32,000 bases of DNA from Planctopirus limnophila DSM 3776 (GTDB lineage Bacteria; Planctomycetota; Planctomycetia; Planctomycetales; Planctomycetaceae), in NCBI RefSeq assembly GCF_000092105.1, contig NC_014148.1, positions 3,930,001-3,962,000 of the forward strand, given 5' to 3'. This document shows, piece by piece, positions 13,101 through 23,321 of this stretch. Positions within the stretch are counted from its first letter, which is position 1. The number at the start of each line of letters is the position of its first letter. Position numbers and translations under genes: made by a program. The notes under the pieces were generated by a model. The model was not told where the DNA came from. It searched no databases and saw nothing but the letters and a program-made list of their open reading frames with translations.

Positions 13101-15018
13101 GAATAACTGCCAATTTGAAACTGACGCGTGCACCACCTGAGGAATTGTTTTCCAGGGTCAACTCACCGGAATGTGAATGAATGAGAGTTTGACTGATCGA
13201 CAACCCCATGCCGAGGCCATCCGATTTCGTGGTGTGAAAAGGAAAGGGTCCAGTCGTGAGCCAATTGTCCTGGAAACCCGGGCCTGTATCTTCAACCACC
13301 AGGACGAGTTTTTTATCTTCCTGGAAAGAGGTGATCGTCAATCGCCGGGGAAGATCAGAAACTCCACTCATGGCCTGAATCGAATTGCGGATCAGATTCA
13401 TGAGAACCTGCTGAATCTGGACGGCATCGCCCTGGAAACAAAGATCTTCGGAATCACTGGTGTTTTTCGCCACTTCGATTCGTTGTTCAGACAATTCGTT
13501 CGAGCAAAGTGCGAGAACCTCTTCGATTAGCGGGTTGATCGACAACAATCTCATTTCACTTTTGGATGTGCGCAAAAATGACCGCATGCGGTTCACGATC
13601 GATCCCGCTCTCAATGCGGCATCGCGAATACGACTGGCGATCCGTGCGGCTTCATCAGATTGCTGATCCGGGTTTTGCAGTACGAGAGGGAGTGCTTCAG
13701 AATAGGCCGCAATCGCGCCCAACGGCTGATTGATTTCATGTGCTATACCCGTGGCCAATTGGCCCAGGCTGGTGACGCGGTTGGCATGGGCGAGTTGAAT
13801 CATTAATCGCCGGGAATTTTCCTCGGCGAGATTCCGTTCTTTAATCTGGTGCATCAGTTCGTCGTTGGCGTCGCGGAGTTCACCTGTTCGCAGTGCCACG
13901 CGTTCTTCCAATTCGCGGTGTGCATCCTTGAGCCGGTCTTCCGCCAGTTTTCGATCTGAAATATCTGTCACTATCAGGAACAACGCCTTGGCACCATGAT
14001 CGTCGAGTTCCTGATATCCAACGGCTGTCAAAGTGATGCATTTCAGCGACGCGGGGAGTTGCCACTCAATTTCACAGGGAGATGAGGAACAGACATTGGC
14101 ACTGAGCAAAAGCATCTTCAGTTCTGCTTGAGATGGAAGAGCCGCCAAACTGACGATGTCGCTTCCTTTGAGTTCATCAACAGTTCGAAACAAAATCTGA
14201 GCGAATCGGTCATTCACATAGTGGATGCGATGATCATTGTCGAGCACGACCAGTCCGTCATGCATTCGCTCGATAAGCGAACGAAATTGTGTTTCGCTGA
14301 TTCTCATTCGCTGCCATTGCGAACGAATCAGTTCATTGGCCGGTTTGAGCACTAGCCACGACAACGCCACCATGGCAGAAAGCGCACCCAGCATTAACGC
14401 AAGGCTCAAACCCCTGAGCCAACTCACCTGCTCGATTGCCACGATCTGGAACAGATCAACAACCCGCTCCATCTGCTCAAGATACCCGGGCTCGGCTGCC
14501 AACAACTGGATCGCGACCCTCTGGTCATCAGTTGTCAAAACGGGTATCTGAGGAGTGCCGGAAACATCACTATCAATGGTAGATCGCTTCTCGCCCGGGA
14601 TGCTGGCGGATTGGATGGCTTGTTCCCCCGCTTGCGACAGCTTCTGGAAGTGAGGCTGAAGCTCGGCAAATGCGTGGAGAATTCTGGCATCCCTGACTGG
14701 AGGTAACCCCAATTGAGCGTCGCCAAGCAAAAGTCCTGTGTGAACAGTCTTCCAGCGATCTAACGAGTCCCGCAATTCCCTTCGCCAATATTCCGCCTTC
14801 GAAGGATCAAGATCGATGGCAAGGGCCGCTTTGGTCATCCGCTGGCTGAGCATGCGCTGTCGGCCCGCGAGATTGATCACCGGCCCAAAGCCGTTGAGCC
14901 GAAAAAGCAATGGTTGCAGCAGGGCTTGATCGACGAGAAGCAACGAAGCGACTACCACCAAGACAACGAAATATCGCCGCCCCAGGCCTTGAATCAGTTT
15001 TTCCGATTCCTGCGTCAT
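13057..15018 (-). CDS. sensor histidine kinase with NarX/PilJ-type periplasmic sensor, PAS domain, HisKA and HATPase
   Basis: The ORF opens with TTG at 15021, then ATG at 15018. One TM segment precedes INLAGRQRMLSQRMTKAAL, the P-box-like motif of NarX/NarQ/PilJ N-terminal sensor domains. A second TM, a PAS-like region (ERMHDGLVVLDNDHRIHYVNDRFAQIL), the H-box LATGIAHEINQPLGAI and an ATPase domain (NLIRNSIQAM...VEDTGPGF...GLGMGLSISQTL) follow. Confidence 0.85.
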   Translation of the reverse strand: MTQESEKLIQGLGRRYFVVLVVVASLLLVDQALLQPLLFRLNGFGPVINLAGRQRMLSQRMTKAALAIDLDPSKAEYWRRELRDSLDRWKTVHTGLLLGDAQLGLPPVRDARILHAFAELQPHFQKLSQAGEQAIQSASIPGEKRSTIDSDVSGTPQIPVLTTDDQRVAIQLLAAEPGYLEQMERVVDLFQIVAIEQVSWLRGLSLALMLGALSAMVALSWLVLKPANELIRSQWQRMRISETQFRSLIERMHDGLVVLDNDHRIHYVNDRFAQILFRTVDELKGSDIVSLAALPSQAELKMLLLSANVCSSSPCEIEWQLPASLKCITLTAVGYQELDDHGAKALFLIVTDISDRKLAEDRLKDAHRELEERVALRTGELRDANDELMHQIKERNLAEENSRRLMIQLAHANRVTSLGQLATGIAHEINQPLGAIAAYSEALPLVLQNPDQQSDEAARIASRIRDAALRAGSIVNRMRSFLRTSKSEMRLLSINPLIEEVLALCSNELSEQRIEVAKNTSDSEDLCFQGDAVQIQQVLMNLIRNSIQAMSGVSDLPRRLTITSFQEDKKLVLVVEDTGPGFQDNWLTTGPFPFHTTKSDGLGMGLSISQTLIHSHSGELTLENNSSGGARVSFKLAVIHDNSPSNVAHSFCR

Positions 15019-15203
15019 CAACCCGTTTCTCTGAGGACAGTCCAGCGTGCGTTCTTACGAGAGATTGAAAAACGAACTGACCGTTGGAGACATACCAGTT
15101 TCGTGAATCCAACTTTCCACCAGTCATTGCTGAATAATTATCGATGAAAACTGCGTGCCGAAGCCGTTATGAACACATGCCTCGATCGAGTGTGAATTAC
15201 ATT

Positions 15204-15223
15204 TTCCCGTGGATTCACGGGAA
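15204..15223. promoter_or_regulatory. 20-bp palindrome (8-bp arms) in the divergent kinase/narK intergenic region
   Basis: ttcccgtg-gatt-cacgggaa read directly, nested in a further gtgaat/attcac repeat (15192-15197 / 15213-15218). Confidence 0.35.
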
Positions 15224-15274
15224 TAACTGGCATTTGAAGTTTTCAAACAGCAGAAAAACTCCGCTCCAAAACCA

Positions 15275-15299
15275 TGCAATCGTGCCTCAATGGATTGCA
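15275..15299. promoter_or_regulatory. 7-bp inverted repeat with 11-nt spacer
   Basis: tgcaatc (15275-15281) and gattgca (15293-15299). Confidence 0.25.
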
Positions 15300-15337
15300 C
15301 CACGAATGGCTTTCACATGGTTCATTGAAGAGTTTGA

Positions 15338-15353
15338 GTTCGGTTAACCGAAC
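15338..15353. promoter_or_regulatory. perfect 16-bp palindrome about 230 bp upstream of the narK-like start
   Basis: gttcggttaaccgaac read directly. Every position pairs. Confidence 0.35.
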
Positions 15354-15584
15354 AAATGGAGCCTTCTTCGTTCTTTGGAATCAAAGCTGCCTGAATCTGA
15401 GTTGCCGCTGCATCAGATCTAGACCATTTCTCCCTTGAGGCCCCTCCAGAGAGAGTGAGCCGAAATCAATGATCAGTGAGTCATCCACCGGTCTTCCATC
15501 TGGGGTGTTGCTCCGAGGGAAGCACGACAGTCGCTCGTCGTCAGGGTGGATAGGAAGTTGTTCACGCACGACAAGGCTCATTCA

Positions 15585-16961
15585 ATGACCACCTCCGCCA
15601 AAGCGACATCGATCCGGCTGTGGGATTTCAAGACCCCACCCATGCGTGCGTTCCACATGTCCTGGTTCGCGTTTTTTCTGTGTTTTTTCGCATGGTTCGG
15701 CATCGCACCACTGATGCCAGTCGTTCGCGATGAAATGCACCTCAGCAAGGATCAGGTGGGCTGGTGCATTATTGGATCGGTCGCGATCACAGTTCTTGCG
15801 CGGCTCTATGTCGGCTGGCTTTGCGACCGGATCGGCCCCCGTCTGGCATATAGCGGGCTGTTGGTGCTCGCTTCAATCCCTGTGATGGGAATCGGACTGG
15901 CCCACGATTTCACGACGTTTTTAATGTTCCGCATCGCGATCGGTGCCATCGGTGCGTCGTTTGTGATCACGCAGTATCACACTTCGATCATGTTTGCAAA
16001 GAACTGTGTTGGCACAGCAAACGCCACTACTGCCGGTTGGGGGAATCTTGGGGGCGGGGTGACGCAAATGGTCATGCCCACGCTCTTTGCACTTCTCATG
16101 GTCGCGTTCGGGTTGTCAACGGCCAGTTCTTGGCGATTCTGTATGCTGCTGGCCGGAGTGGTCTGCGCTATCACGGGGATCGCTTACTTTTTCCTCACGC
16201 AGGATACTCCAGAGGGAAACTTTGCAGAGCTTCGCGCTACTGGGAAAATGTCTCAAAAGTCGGCAGTCAAGGGAACGTTTCAAGAAGCTTGTCGCGACTA
16301 CCGCGTCTGGATTCTGTTTCTCGTCTATGGGGCCTGTTTCGGGATGGAACTGACGCTCGACAACATCGCGGCACTCTATTTCATCGACTATTTCGAAGAG
16401 CTGAAAACGGCTGATCCAGTCTACGCGCTGGGCATCGCAGGGTTCGTTGCAGGACTCTTTGGTTCAATGAACCTCTTCGCCCGCGCGCTGGGCGGCATCG
16501 CTTCAGATCGGTGTGCGGCGAAGTGGGCCCTGTCGGGCCGGGTCCGCTGTCTGTTCATTGTCGTCCTGCTGGAAGGGATGGCTCTTATGCTCTTCTCGCA
16601 GGCCCGAACCTTGCAGTTTGCCATTCCCGCGATGCTGCTATTAGGTCTCTTTGTCAAAATGTCGAATGGGGCGACTTATGCGGTCGTGCCATTCATCAAC
16701 AAGCGGGCACTCGGTTCGGTCTCCGGGATCGTTGGAGCCGGTGGAAATGCGGCGGCTGTCGCGGCTGGATTTCTTTTCAAAAGTTCGGTGGTGTCCTGGC
16801 CGACGGCTCTGTTCATTCTCGGGGTGATCGTGACGCTGGTATCAGTCAGCATACTAGCCATCCGCTTCGCGCCTCAAATCGAAAGCGAAGAGGCCACGCT
16901 TCCGATCCTGACAGGAGACGAGGCGGCCCCCGTTTTACCAGCCGGTGTCCAAGCTGTGTGA
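15585..16961 (+). CDS. narK: MFS nitrate/nitrite transporter (NNP family, NarK/NrtP type)
   Basis: ATG at 15585; the track ORF opens at GTG 15546. MRAFHMSWFAFFLCFFAWFGIAPLMP is a typical N-terminus. Both NNP signatures are present (TTAGWGNLGGGVTQ and SGIVGAGGNAAAV), with about 12 TM segments. Confidence 0.85.
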   Translation: MTTSAKATSIRLWDFKTPPMRAFHMSWFAFFLCFFAWFGIAPLMPVVRDEMHLSKDQVGWCIIGSVAITVLARLYVGWLCDRIGPRLAYSGLLVLASIPVMGIGLAHDFTTFLMFRIAIGAIGASFVITQYHTSIMFAKNCVGTANATTAGWGNLGGGVTQMVMPTLFALLMVAFGLSTASSWRFCMLLAGVVCAITGIAYFFLTQDTPEGNFAELRATGKMSQKSAVKGTFQEACRDYRVWILFLVYGACFGMELTLDNIAALYFIDYFEELKTADPVYALGIAGFVAGLFGSMNLFARALGGIASDRCAAKWALSGRVRCLFIVVLLEGMALMLFSQARTLQFAIPAMLLLGLFVKMSNGATYAVVPFINKRALGSVSGIVGAGGNAAAVAAGFLFKSSVVSWPTALFILGVIVTLVSVSILAIRFAPQIESEEATLPILTGDEAAPVLPAGVQAV

Positions 16962-16990
16962 GCTTCAATGAAATCACTCCTGTCTCCTGA

Positions 16991-17041
16991 TGCAGGATCC
17001 CGTGATCGGAGCAGTCGCTCGCGCCGTTCGCGGATCCTGCA
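16991..17041 (+). other. 10-bp perfect inverted repeat (hairpin, 31-nt loop) in the narK / Fe-S gene spacer
   Basis: tgcaggatcc (16991-17000) and ggatcctgca (17032-17041). Confidence 0.4.
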
Positions 17042-17204
17042 CTCGAAATCCCTCATGAGAAGGACACTCATCGAAGCTTTGAGGAAGGATGTGAACTTTG
17101 AATCGTGCGTTCGCGAATCACATGCCCTTCGGAAGACCTCAGAGACGTGCCACCCCTGGGCAACCATTTTGTTCGAAAAGACCTCCGTTTGAGAGTCCGG
17201 TCGT

Positions 17205-18989
17205 ATGAGCGACGCGTTGCCAATCACGAGGCCTCTGAGTCTGCAAGATCTGCTGGAAGGCTTCGGATCGGTCTCCGCGCCGCCTTCGAAAGGCGAGCAG
17301 ATGGTTCACCGACTGTTGCAAAAACAGCGGGAGCTCTCGGCCGTCGAACTCTTCGCAAAGGAGCACGCCGGTGGGACGATCAACGGCAGCAAATTACCCG
17401 ATCAGGCCCGTTTCTATGCCAGTCTGCTGCCTGCGACGCCCGTGGGCCCGGGGCAGCAGTACGGCTTCGAAGTCGATCTCGATCGCTGTTCGGGTTGTAA
17501 GGCCTGTGTGACAGCTTGCCACTCTCTGAACGGGTTGGATGATTCGGAGACTTGGCGCGATGTAGGATTACTCATCGGCGGAACCGAGACGCTTCCCGTG
17601 ATGCAGCATGTGACAGCCGCCTGCCATCATTGCCTTGAACCGGCCTGCATGACCGCCTGCCCGGTAAACGCCTACGAAAAAGACGCCTTCACGGGTATCG
17701 TCCGGCATCTCGATGATCAATGCTTCGGCTGCCAATACTGCACGCTGGCCTGTCCCTACAACGTCCCCAAGTACCACGCTGCCAAGGGGATCGTCCGCAA
17801 GTGCGACATGTGTTCCAACCGCCTGAAAAATGGCGAAGCACCGGCCTGTGTACAGGCATGCCCTCATGAGGCCATCTCTATCCGAATCGTCGATGTGTCG
17901 CGGGTCACCGAAAATGCGGAGGCAGACCACTTCCTCCCCGCTGCTCCCGAACCTTACATCACTCTACCGACAACCACGTACAGGACGACGCGGGTCTTTC
18001 CCCGCAATATGCTCCCGGCGGATTACTATTCGGTCAGCCCGCAACATCCCCATTGGCCATTAATCGTGATGCTGGTGCTGACACAGCTTTCGGTTGGAGC
18101 ATTCGCAGCGGGCAGTTTCCTGGAAGAGGCACTTGATACAGAACTCGCCACCGCTTTTCGTCCCATTCATGCAACAGGCGCACTCGTGCTGGGTTTGCTG
18201 GCACTGGGAGCCAGCACGCTTCATCTGGGACGGCCACTCTACGCTTTCCGAGGGATTCTGGGATTTCGGCATTCCTGGCTCAGCCGGGAAATCGTGGCCT
18301 TTGGATTATTTGCAGGTCTCGCTGTACCGTTTGCCGGGCTTTGCTGGGGATTGCCACTGCTGGAGGTCTCGGGCAGTCCCTGGGGGAAACTGGCTGGTGA
18401 ACTCCTCCCGACATTGTCACCGAGTGTCGCGTGCGTGGGAGTTATCGGTGTCTTCTGTTCGGTGATGATCTACGTCTTCACCAGAAGGGAACTCTGGTCG
18501 CTGGAGCGAACTTTGATCCGCTTTAGCCTCACGACGATACTTCTGGGCGTGGCGACAATCTGGCTGATGATGTGGCTGGCCGTTGGTTTTTTGAGCGATG
18601 ACGAGTGGCATCAGCTTGCTCAAAACTTGACTCGCCCTTTGGCCCGCTCGGTAATCATCCTGACCACACTCAAGCTGCTTTACGACATCTCGCTGCTGCG
18701 GCATCTGGCGACATTCCGCAATTCGCCGCTCAAGCGATCGGCACTCCTGGTTGTCGGCCCGCTGAGAGGTTTTTCCATCGGACGGCTCGTGTTGGGAGTC
18801 GTTGGAGGCGTGGTCATCCCCGCAGCCTTTGCGGCCGTTCCGATTCATGACCCGATCCAGTTCACAACGACATCGGCCGTTTTCGTGGGGCAGATGTGGG
18901 TTGCCTGCCTGGGGGGAGAATTGCTCGAGCGTTATCTGTTCTTCTCCGCTGTGTCGAACCCGCGTATGCCCGGAGGAGTGCGTTCATGA
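17205..18989 (+). CDS. fusion of a DmsB-like 4Fe-4S multicluster ferredoxin domain and a DmsC/NrfD-like integral membrane anchor
   Basis: 594 aa. The Cys clusters are [37 protein letters not shown] and [21 protein letters not shown]. The C-terminal half has about 8 hydrophobic helices with HLGRP and SWLSREI motifs, as in DmsC-type anchors. No twin-arginine signal is present. Confidence 0.8.
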   Translation: MSDALPITRPLSLQDLLEGFGSVSAPPSKGEQMVHRLLQKQRELSAVELFAKEHAGGTINGSKLPDQARFYASLLPATPVGPGQQYGFEVDLDRCSGCKACVTACHSLNGLDDSETWRDVGLLIGGTETLPVMQHVTAACHHCLEPACMTACPVNAYEKDAFTGIVRHLDDQCFGCQYCTLACPYNVPKYHAAKGIVRKCDMCSNRLKNGEAPACVQACPHEAISIRIVDVSRVTENAEADHFLPAAPEPYITLPTTTYRTTRVFPRNMLPADYYSVSPQHPHWPLIVMLVLTQLSVGAFAAGSFLEEALDTELATAFRPIHATGALVLGLLALGASTLHLGRPLYAFRGILGFRHSWLSREIVAFGLFAGLAVPFAGLCWGLPLLEVSGSPWGKLAGELLPTLSPSVACVGVIGVFCSVMIYVFTRRELWSLERTLIRFSLTTILLGVATIWLMMWLAVGFLSDDEWHQLAQNLTRPLARSVIILTTLKLLYDISLLRHLATFRNSPLKRSALLVVGPLRGFSIGRLVLGVVGGVVIPAAFAAVPIHDPIQFTTTSAVFVGQMWVACLGGELLERYLFFSAVSNPRMPGGVRS

Positions 18990-21211
18990 GCTGGTATCAG
19001 GATAACCCCATTATGCAGCCATTACAGACACTTCTCCATCAGCGAGAGGGTTCCCTGACGCGCGCGTTACTGCAACAACCCGCAGGCTTTGGACTGGGCC
19101 AACTGCCCCAAAGCCAGTTGCCCGACGCAACGACGGACATGGTCTGTGGCTTCTGCTCGACGGGTTGTGGCCTCAAAGTCCATTTGAAGGAAGGTGAAGC
19201 GATCGGGTTGTCGCCAACTACTTCGTATCCGGTGAACCTCGGCATGGCTTGTCCGAAGGGGTGGGAAGCCTTGCGTGTCCTCGACGCTCCCGACCGCGCG
19301 ACGACACCTCTGTACCGAGCTGATAAGAACGGAAGGCTGGAACCTGTCGACTGGGATGCAGCGCTGAGACTTTTCACGGGCCGCTTTCGACAGATTCAGG
19401 AAAAGCACGGGCCCCACTCAGTGGCGTTCATCAGCACAGGCCAGATGCCCACCGAAGAGATGGCATTGCTCGGCGCGGTGGCCAAGTTCGGCATGGGCCT
19501 CAGGCACGGCGACGGCAATACGCGGCAGTGCATGGCGACGGCAGTGGTCGCCTACAAAGAGGCGTTCGGTTTCGATGCGCCTCCCTACACCTACGCCGAC
19601 TTCGAAGAATCGGACGCCATGGTGTTCGTGGGTAGTAACCCCTGCATTGCCCATCCCATTATGTGGGAGCGCGTCATGCGGAACCGCCGTTCGCCGGAGA
19701 TCATCGTCGTTGATCCACGCGGCAATGAAACGACGATGTACGCCACCCAGCATCTGGCCATCCAGCCCAAAACCGATCAGACACTCTTTTACGGCGTGGC
19801 CCGCCTCCTCATCGAACAAGGCCGGATTGACGAAAAGTTCGTCGAGCTATCGACGACGGGATTCGAGGAATTCGCCCGCTTCGTGAACGACTATAGCCTG
19901 GCCCGCACTGCATCCGAAACGGGTCTTGAGCCGAACCAGATTGAGCGATTCGCCTGCACGATCCACGAGAAAGAGCGAGTCTCGTTCTGGTGGACGATGG
20001 GGGTCAATCAGAGCCACCAGGGGGTGCGTACCGCGCAGTCGATCATCAATCTGGCACTGATGACGGGGAACATTGGCAAACCCGGAACCGGAGCGAATTC
20101 GATCACGGGCCAGTGCAACGCCATGGGTTCGCGGCTCTTCAGCAACACGACCAACCTTCTGGGCGGACACGATTTCAAGAACGCCGATCACCGCGCGAAG
20201 ATCGCGGGCATTCTGAGCATGGATGAGAGTGTCATCCCCACCGAGAACAGTTGGTCGTACCACGAAATCATGGAGGGAATTCTCAAAGAGAAAATCAAAG
20301 GACTGTGGATCATCTGTACCAACACGGCCCACTCGTGGATCAACCAGAACCTGGCCCGTGAAATGCTTTCGCGGCTCGATTTCCTGGTTGTGCAGGACAT
20401 GTACCACAATACGGAAACGGCCCAGATGGCTGACCTCGTCCTTCCAGCCGCTGGCTGGGGCGAGAAAGAGGGGACGTTTATTAATTCCGAGCGGCGCATT
20501 GGTCGTATCAAGAAGGTCAGGCGTGCGCCGGGGAAAGCGCTGGCCGACTTCCACATCTTTCAATTGGTTGCTGAGTATTGGGGCTGCGGAGAGCAATTCC
20601 GGCGCTGGTCTTCGCCCGAAGCCGTCTTTGAAGTTCTGAAGGAGTGTTCGCGCGGTATGCCCTGCGACTTCACGGGCGTTCAGAACTACCGCTGGATCGA
20701 AGAACAAGGGGGGGTGCAATGGCCCTGCCCTGAAGGGATGACCGCCCCCGTACAAGAGCGGCGTCTCTTCGAGGATGGTTGTTTTTATCATGCCGACGGT
20801 CGTGCAAAATTCCTCTTTGAGGCCTCCCGCCCTTTGACGGAATTGCCCAACGAGGCGTATCCGTTCATTTTGTTGACTGGAAGGGGAAGCGCTTCGCAAT
20901 GGCATACGCAGACCCGCACTGCGAAGTCGCCGGTCCTCAGGAAGTTGTATCCCGAGCGACCGTTTATCGAAATCAATCCGGCTGATGCACGAGCACTCAA
21001 GATCGCCCATAACGCCTGGGTCACCGTCGAGTCGCGACGAGGCCGCATGCGGGCGATGGCGCTCGTGACTCCTGCTGTGAGACAAGGACAGGTCTTCATT
21101 GCGATGCATTACGAGGGGACGAACCAGTTAACCGACGCGGTGTTCGACCCGTACTCAAAGCAGCCCTCGTACAAGGCTTGCGCCGTCAACGTCAAGGGAG
21201 GTGCGGAGTGA
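18986..21211 (+). CDS. nasA: molybdopterin (bis-MGD) nitrate reductase catalytic subunit, assimilatory NasA/NarB type
   Basis: ATG at 18986 overlaps the upstream stop (ATGA) and is preceded by GGAGGAG. It has the N-terminal 4Fe-4S motif [12 protein letters not shown]...MACPKG and molybdopterin oxidoreductase body motifs ([38 protein letters not shown]). About 741 aa with no Tat RRxF motif. Confidence 0.85.
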   Translation: MSWYQDNPIMQPLQTLLHQREGSLTRALLQQPAGFGLGQLPQSQLPDATTDMVCGFCSTGCGLKVHLKEGEAIGLSPTTSYPVNLGMACPKGWEALRVLDAPDRATTPLYRADKNGRLEPVDWDAALRLFTGRFRQIQEKHGPHSVAFISTGQMPTEEMALLGAVAKFGMGLRHGDGNTRQCMATAVVAYKEAFGFDAPPYTYADFEESDAMVFVGSNPCIAHPIMWERVMRNRRSPEIIVVDPRGNETTMYATQHLAIQPKTDQTLFYGVARLLIEQGRIDEKFVELSTTGFEEFARFVNDYSLARTASETGLEPNQIERFACTIHEKERVSFWWTMGVNQSHQGVRTAQSIINLALMTGNIGKPGTGANSITGQCNAMGSRLFSNTTNLLGGHDFKNADHRAKIAGILSMDESVIPTENSWSYHEIMEGILKEKIKGLWIICTNTAHSWINQNLAREMLSRLDFLVVQDMYHNTETAQMADLVLPAAGWGEKEGTFINSERRIGRIKKVRRAPGKALADFHIFQLVAEYWGCGEQFRRWSSPEAVFEVLKECSRGMPCDFTGVQNYRWIEEQGGVQWPCPEGMTAPVQERRLFEDGCFYHADGRAKFLFEASRPLTELPNEAYPFILLTGRGSASQWHTQTRTAKSPVLRKLYPERPFIEINPADARALKIAHNAWVTVESRRGRMRAMALVTPAVRQGQVFIAMHYEGTNQLTDAVFDPYSKQPSYKACAVNVKGGAE

Positions 21212-21426
21212 ATATTGACGCGTTTCGTTCCTCGTCGCGTAGTACGTTCCTGAATCCTCGAAGGGTGTGGTCTTGGGCAATTGGTGGCCTGGGTTGAGCA
21301 TCTTCGCGAACCCCTAACTCCTGCCAACCAGCGCTGAGGGTTCGAAGACTCACTGACAACCACCCGTCGACCCTGGCCGCCGATTCCAATCACGTGAATT
21401 GATCCCTTTTCAAGTGGTGCTTTTCC

Positions 21427-23274
21427 ATGACCCAAAACAACGGTTTCACTGATAGTCAGAAGAGTTATCTCCAGGGGTTTGCTTTGGGTGCCGACGTGGC
21501 CCGCAAGGTGAAAGGCTTGCCTGTCATTGCAGATAGCGGGGGTGGCTGTGTGGAAGCTGTTAACAGTCTGGCGACAACGATTCAAATCGGGCCGCGGGCA
21601 ACACAAGCCGCATTGCCTGCCACGGGAAGGAATCGAGAACTCGCCGCTCAGGAAAGGTTTCTGGCACAAGGCAAAAAACTCTCAAATGAAGAGCAGGCGA
21701 AGCGAGACAAGGATCCATTGTCGATCTGGCCGCAAATGCAGGCGGCGGCGGCGGAAGGCGTGTTTCCCAAGGGAACAGATGTCTTTCTATGGAAGTTTCA
21801 CGGGTTGTTCCAGGTGGCCCCCGCTCAGGATTCATTCATGTGCCGACTGCGGATCGCGGGGGGCGAACTCAGGAGCTGGCAACTTCGCGGCATTGCCGAT
21901 CTGGCCCAGGAGCATGCGGGCCATTATCTGGATGTCACGACGCGGGCGAACCTGCAACTTCGCGAGATTTCGGCGGAAAACGGCTGCGCAGTCCATACAA
22001 GCCTTATCGAGTTGGGACTCGTCAATAAAGGCTCAGGAGCCGACAACATCCGCAATGTGACTTCGTCGGCGACTTCTGGCTTCGATGCAGACGAGCTGAT
22101 CGATACACTCCCTTATGCCAAGGCAATGCACCACCATATTCTCAATGACCGGGAGTGTTACGGCCTGCCAAGAAAGTTCAACATCAGCTTCGACGGCGGA
22201 GGACGCATCGCGACCCTGGAAGATACAAACGACGTCGGCTTCCAGGCAGTGCGAGTCGCCGAAGTGAACGCGACGAACGCCTGCCCAGCTGGCATCTATT
22301 TTCGCTTGACGCTCGGTGGCATCACCGGGCACCACGATTTCGCCCGCGATACGGGCATCCTCATCAAGCCCAGTGAAAGTATTGCCGTCACTTCGGCCAT
22401 CGTGAAGGTGTTCGTCGATCACGGCGACCGCACCGACCGCAAGAAGGCCCGGCTGAAGTATCTGCTCGATGATTGGGGCTTCGCGAAATTCATCGAACAT
22501 GTCGAGCGGGAACTGGGAAGGCCTCTCCTCCGGATGAGTAGCGAAGGTTGCGAACCAGCCCGTCCCGTTGATCGCTGGGCTCATATCGGGTTCCATGCCC
22601 AGCTGCAAGAGGATCGCCATTACTGCGGCGTCGTGTTGCCTGTAGGTCGCCTCACCTGCGACCAGGCCCGGGGATTGGCCAGGCTTGCGGAAAAACATGG
22701 TTCCGGCCGCATCCGATTAACCGTCTGGCAGAACCTGCTCATCCCAGATATCGCGACTGCTGACATCCCTGCCGTCCAGCGGGGAATTGAAAATCTGGGG
22801 TTGGAGTGGCGCGCTACGTCTGTACGTAGTGGACTGATTGCCTGTACGGGAAGCGCGGGGTGCAAATTCGCCGCTGCCGACACCAAACGCCACGCGCTGC
22901 TGCTGGCAGATCATCTTGATGAGCGGATCGAACTCGACGCACCGATCAACATCCACTTCACCGGTTGCCATCATAGTTGTGCTCAGCATTACATTGGCGA
23001 CATCGGCTTACGCGGGACGAAGGTCGAAGTCGACGACGATCTGGTCGACGGATACGAGATCGTCGTTGGTGGCGGCTATGCAGACCAGCAGGCCATCGGC
23101 CGCCAGCTTTTTCCCCAGGTTCCCTTTACCGAAGTTCCCCGCCTTGTTGAGCGGCTTCTCGGCTTTTATGTCGATGCCCGCGACGAGTGCGAGCCGTTCT
23201 CGAAGTTCATCAATCGGCATTCCATTGAGCGACTGCGGGAAGTGACTCACTTCCATCCCGTGCTGGTTCCATAA
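21427..23274 (+). CDS. nirA: sirohaem/4Fe-4S nitrite (or sulfite) reductase hemoprotein, NirA type, with N-terminal extension
   Basis: 615 aa. Cluster and sirohaem ligands [15 protein letters not shown] ... [18 protein letters not shown]. Duplicated nitrite/sulfite reductase ferredoxin-like halves. The nitrate-gene context favours nitrite reductase. Confidence 0.8.
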   Translation: MTQNNGFTDSQKSYLQGFALGADVARKVKGLPVIADSGGGCVEAVNSLATTIQIGPRATQAALPATGRNRELAAQERFLAQGKKLSNEEQAKRDKDPLSIWPQMQAAAAEGVFPKGTDVFLWKFHGLFQVAPAQDSFMCRLRIAGGELRSWQLRGIADLAQEHAGHYLDVTTRANLQLREISAENGCAVHTSLIELGLVNKGSGADNIRNVTSSATSGFDADELIDTLPYAKAMHHHILNDRECYGLPRKFNISFDGGGRIATLEDTNDVGFQAVRVAEVNATNACPAGIYFRLTLGGITGHHDFARDTGILIKPSESIAVTSAIVKVFVDHGDRTDRKKARLKYLLDDWGFAKFIEHVERELGRPLLRMSSEGCEPARPVDRWAHIGFHAQLQEDRHYCGVVLPVGRLTCDQARGLARLAEKHGSGRIRLTVWQNLLIPDIATADIPAVQRGIENLGLEWRATSVRSGLIACTGSAGCKFAAADTKRHALLLADHLDERIELDAPINIHFTGCHHSCAQHYIGDIGLRGTKVEVDDDLVDGYEIVVGGGYADQQAIGRQLFPQVPFTEVPRLVERLLGFYVDARDECEPFSKFINRHSIERLREVTHFHPVLVP

Positions 23275-23321
23275 GCCGATAATCTCCGACCAGTTTCCCC
23301 ACATCTTTGGGAGTACAAGAT

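Noticed and set aside
15144-15581. Small ORFs (15144..15347 plus strand, 15381..15581 minus strand) in the divergent intergenic region
   Set aside because: They have no SD and no motifs, and they overlap the palindromic candidate operators. The region is better explained as regulatory DNA.
16968-17500. ORFs 16968..17192 and 17105..17500 between or overlapping the narK-like and Fe-S genes
   Set aside because: The translations are Arg/Ser-rich. The second overlaps the well supported Fe-S protein frame. The first has no start context.
19847-21109. 420-aa minus-strand ORF
   Set aside because: It is antisense to the nitrate reductase gene. Long shadow ORFs are expected at this GC content, and it has no motifs.
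18986-21211. Interpretation as a periplasmic (Nap) or respiratory (NarG) nitrate reductase
   Set aside because: The N-terminus ([29 protein letters not shown]...) has no twin-arginine motif, and there are no napB/napC or narH/narJ/narI genes. The size and Cys motif fit Nas/NarB-type enzymes. The unusual membrane partner is reported as a separate finding instead.
22033-22698. 221-aa minus-strand ORF
   Set aside because: It is antisense to the NirA-type gene, whose frame carries the sirohaem/Fe-S ligand motifs.
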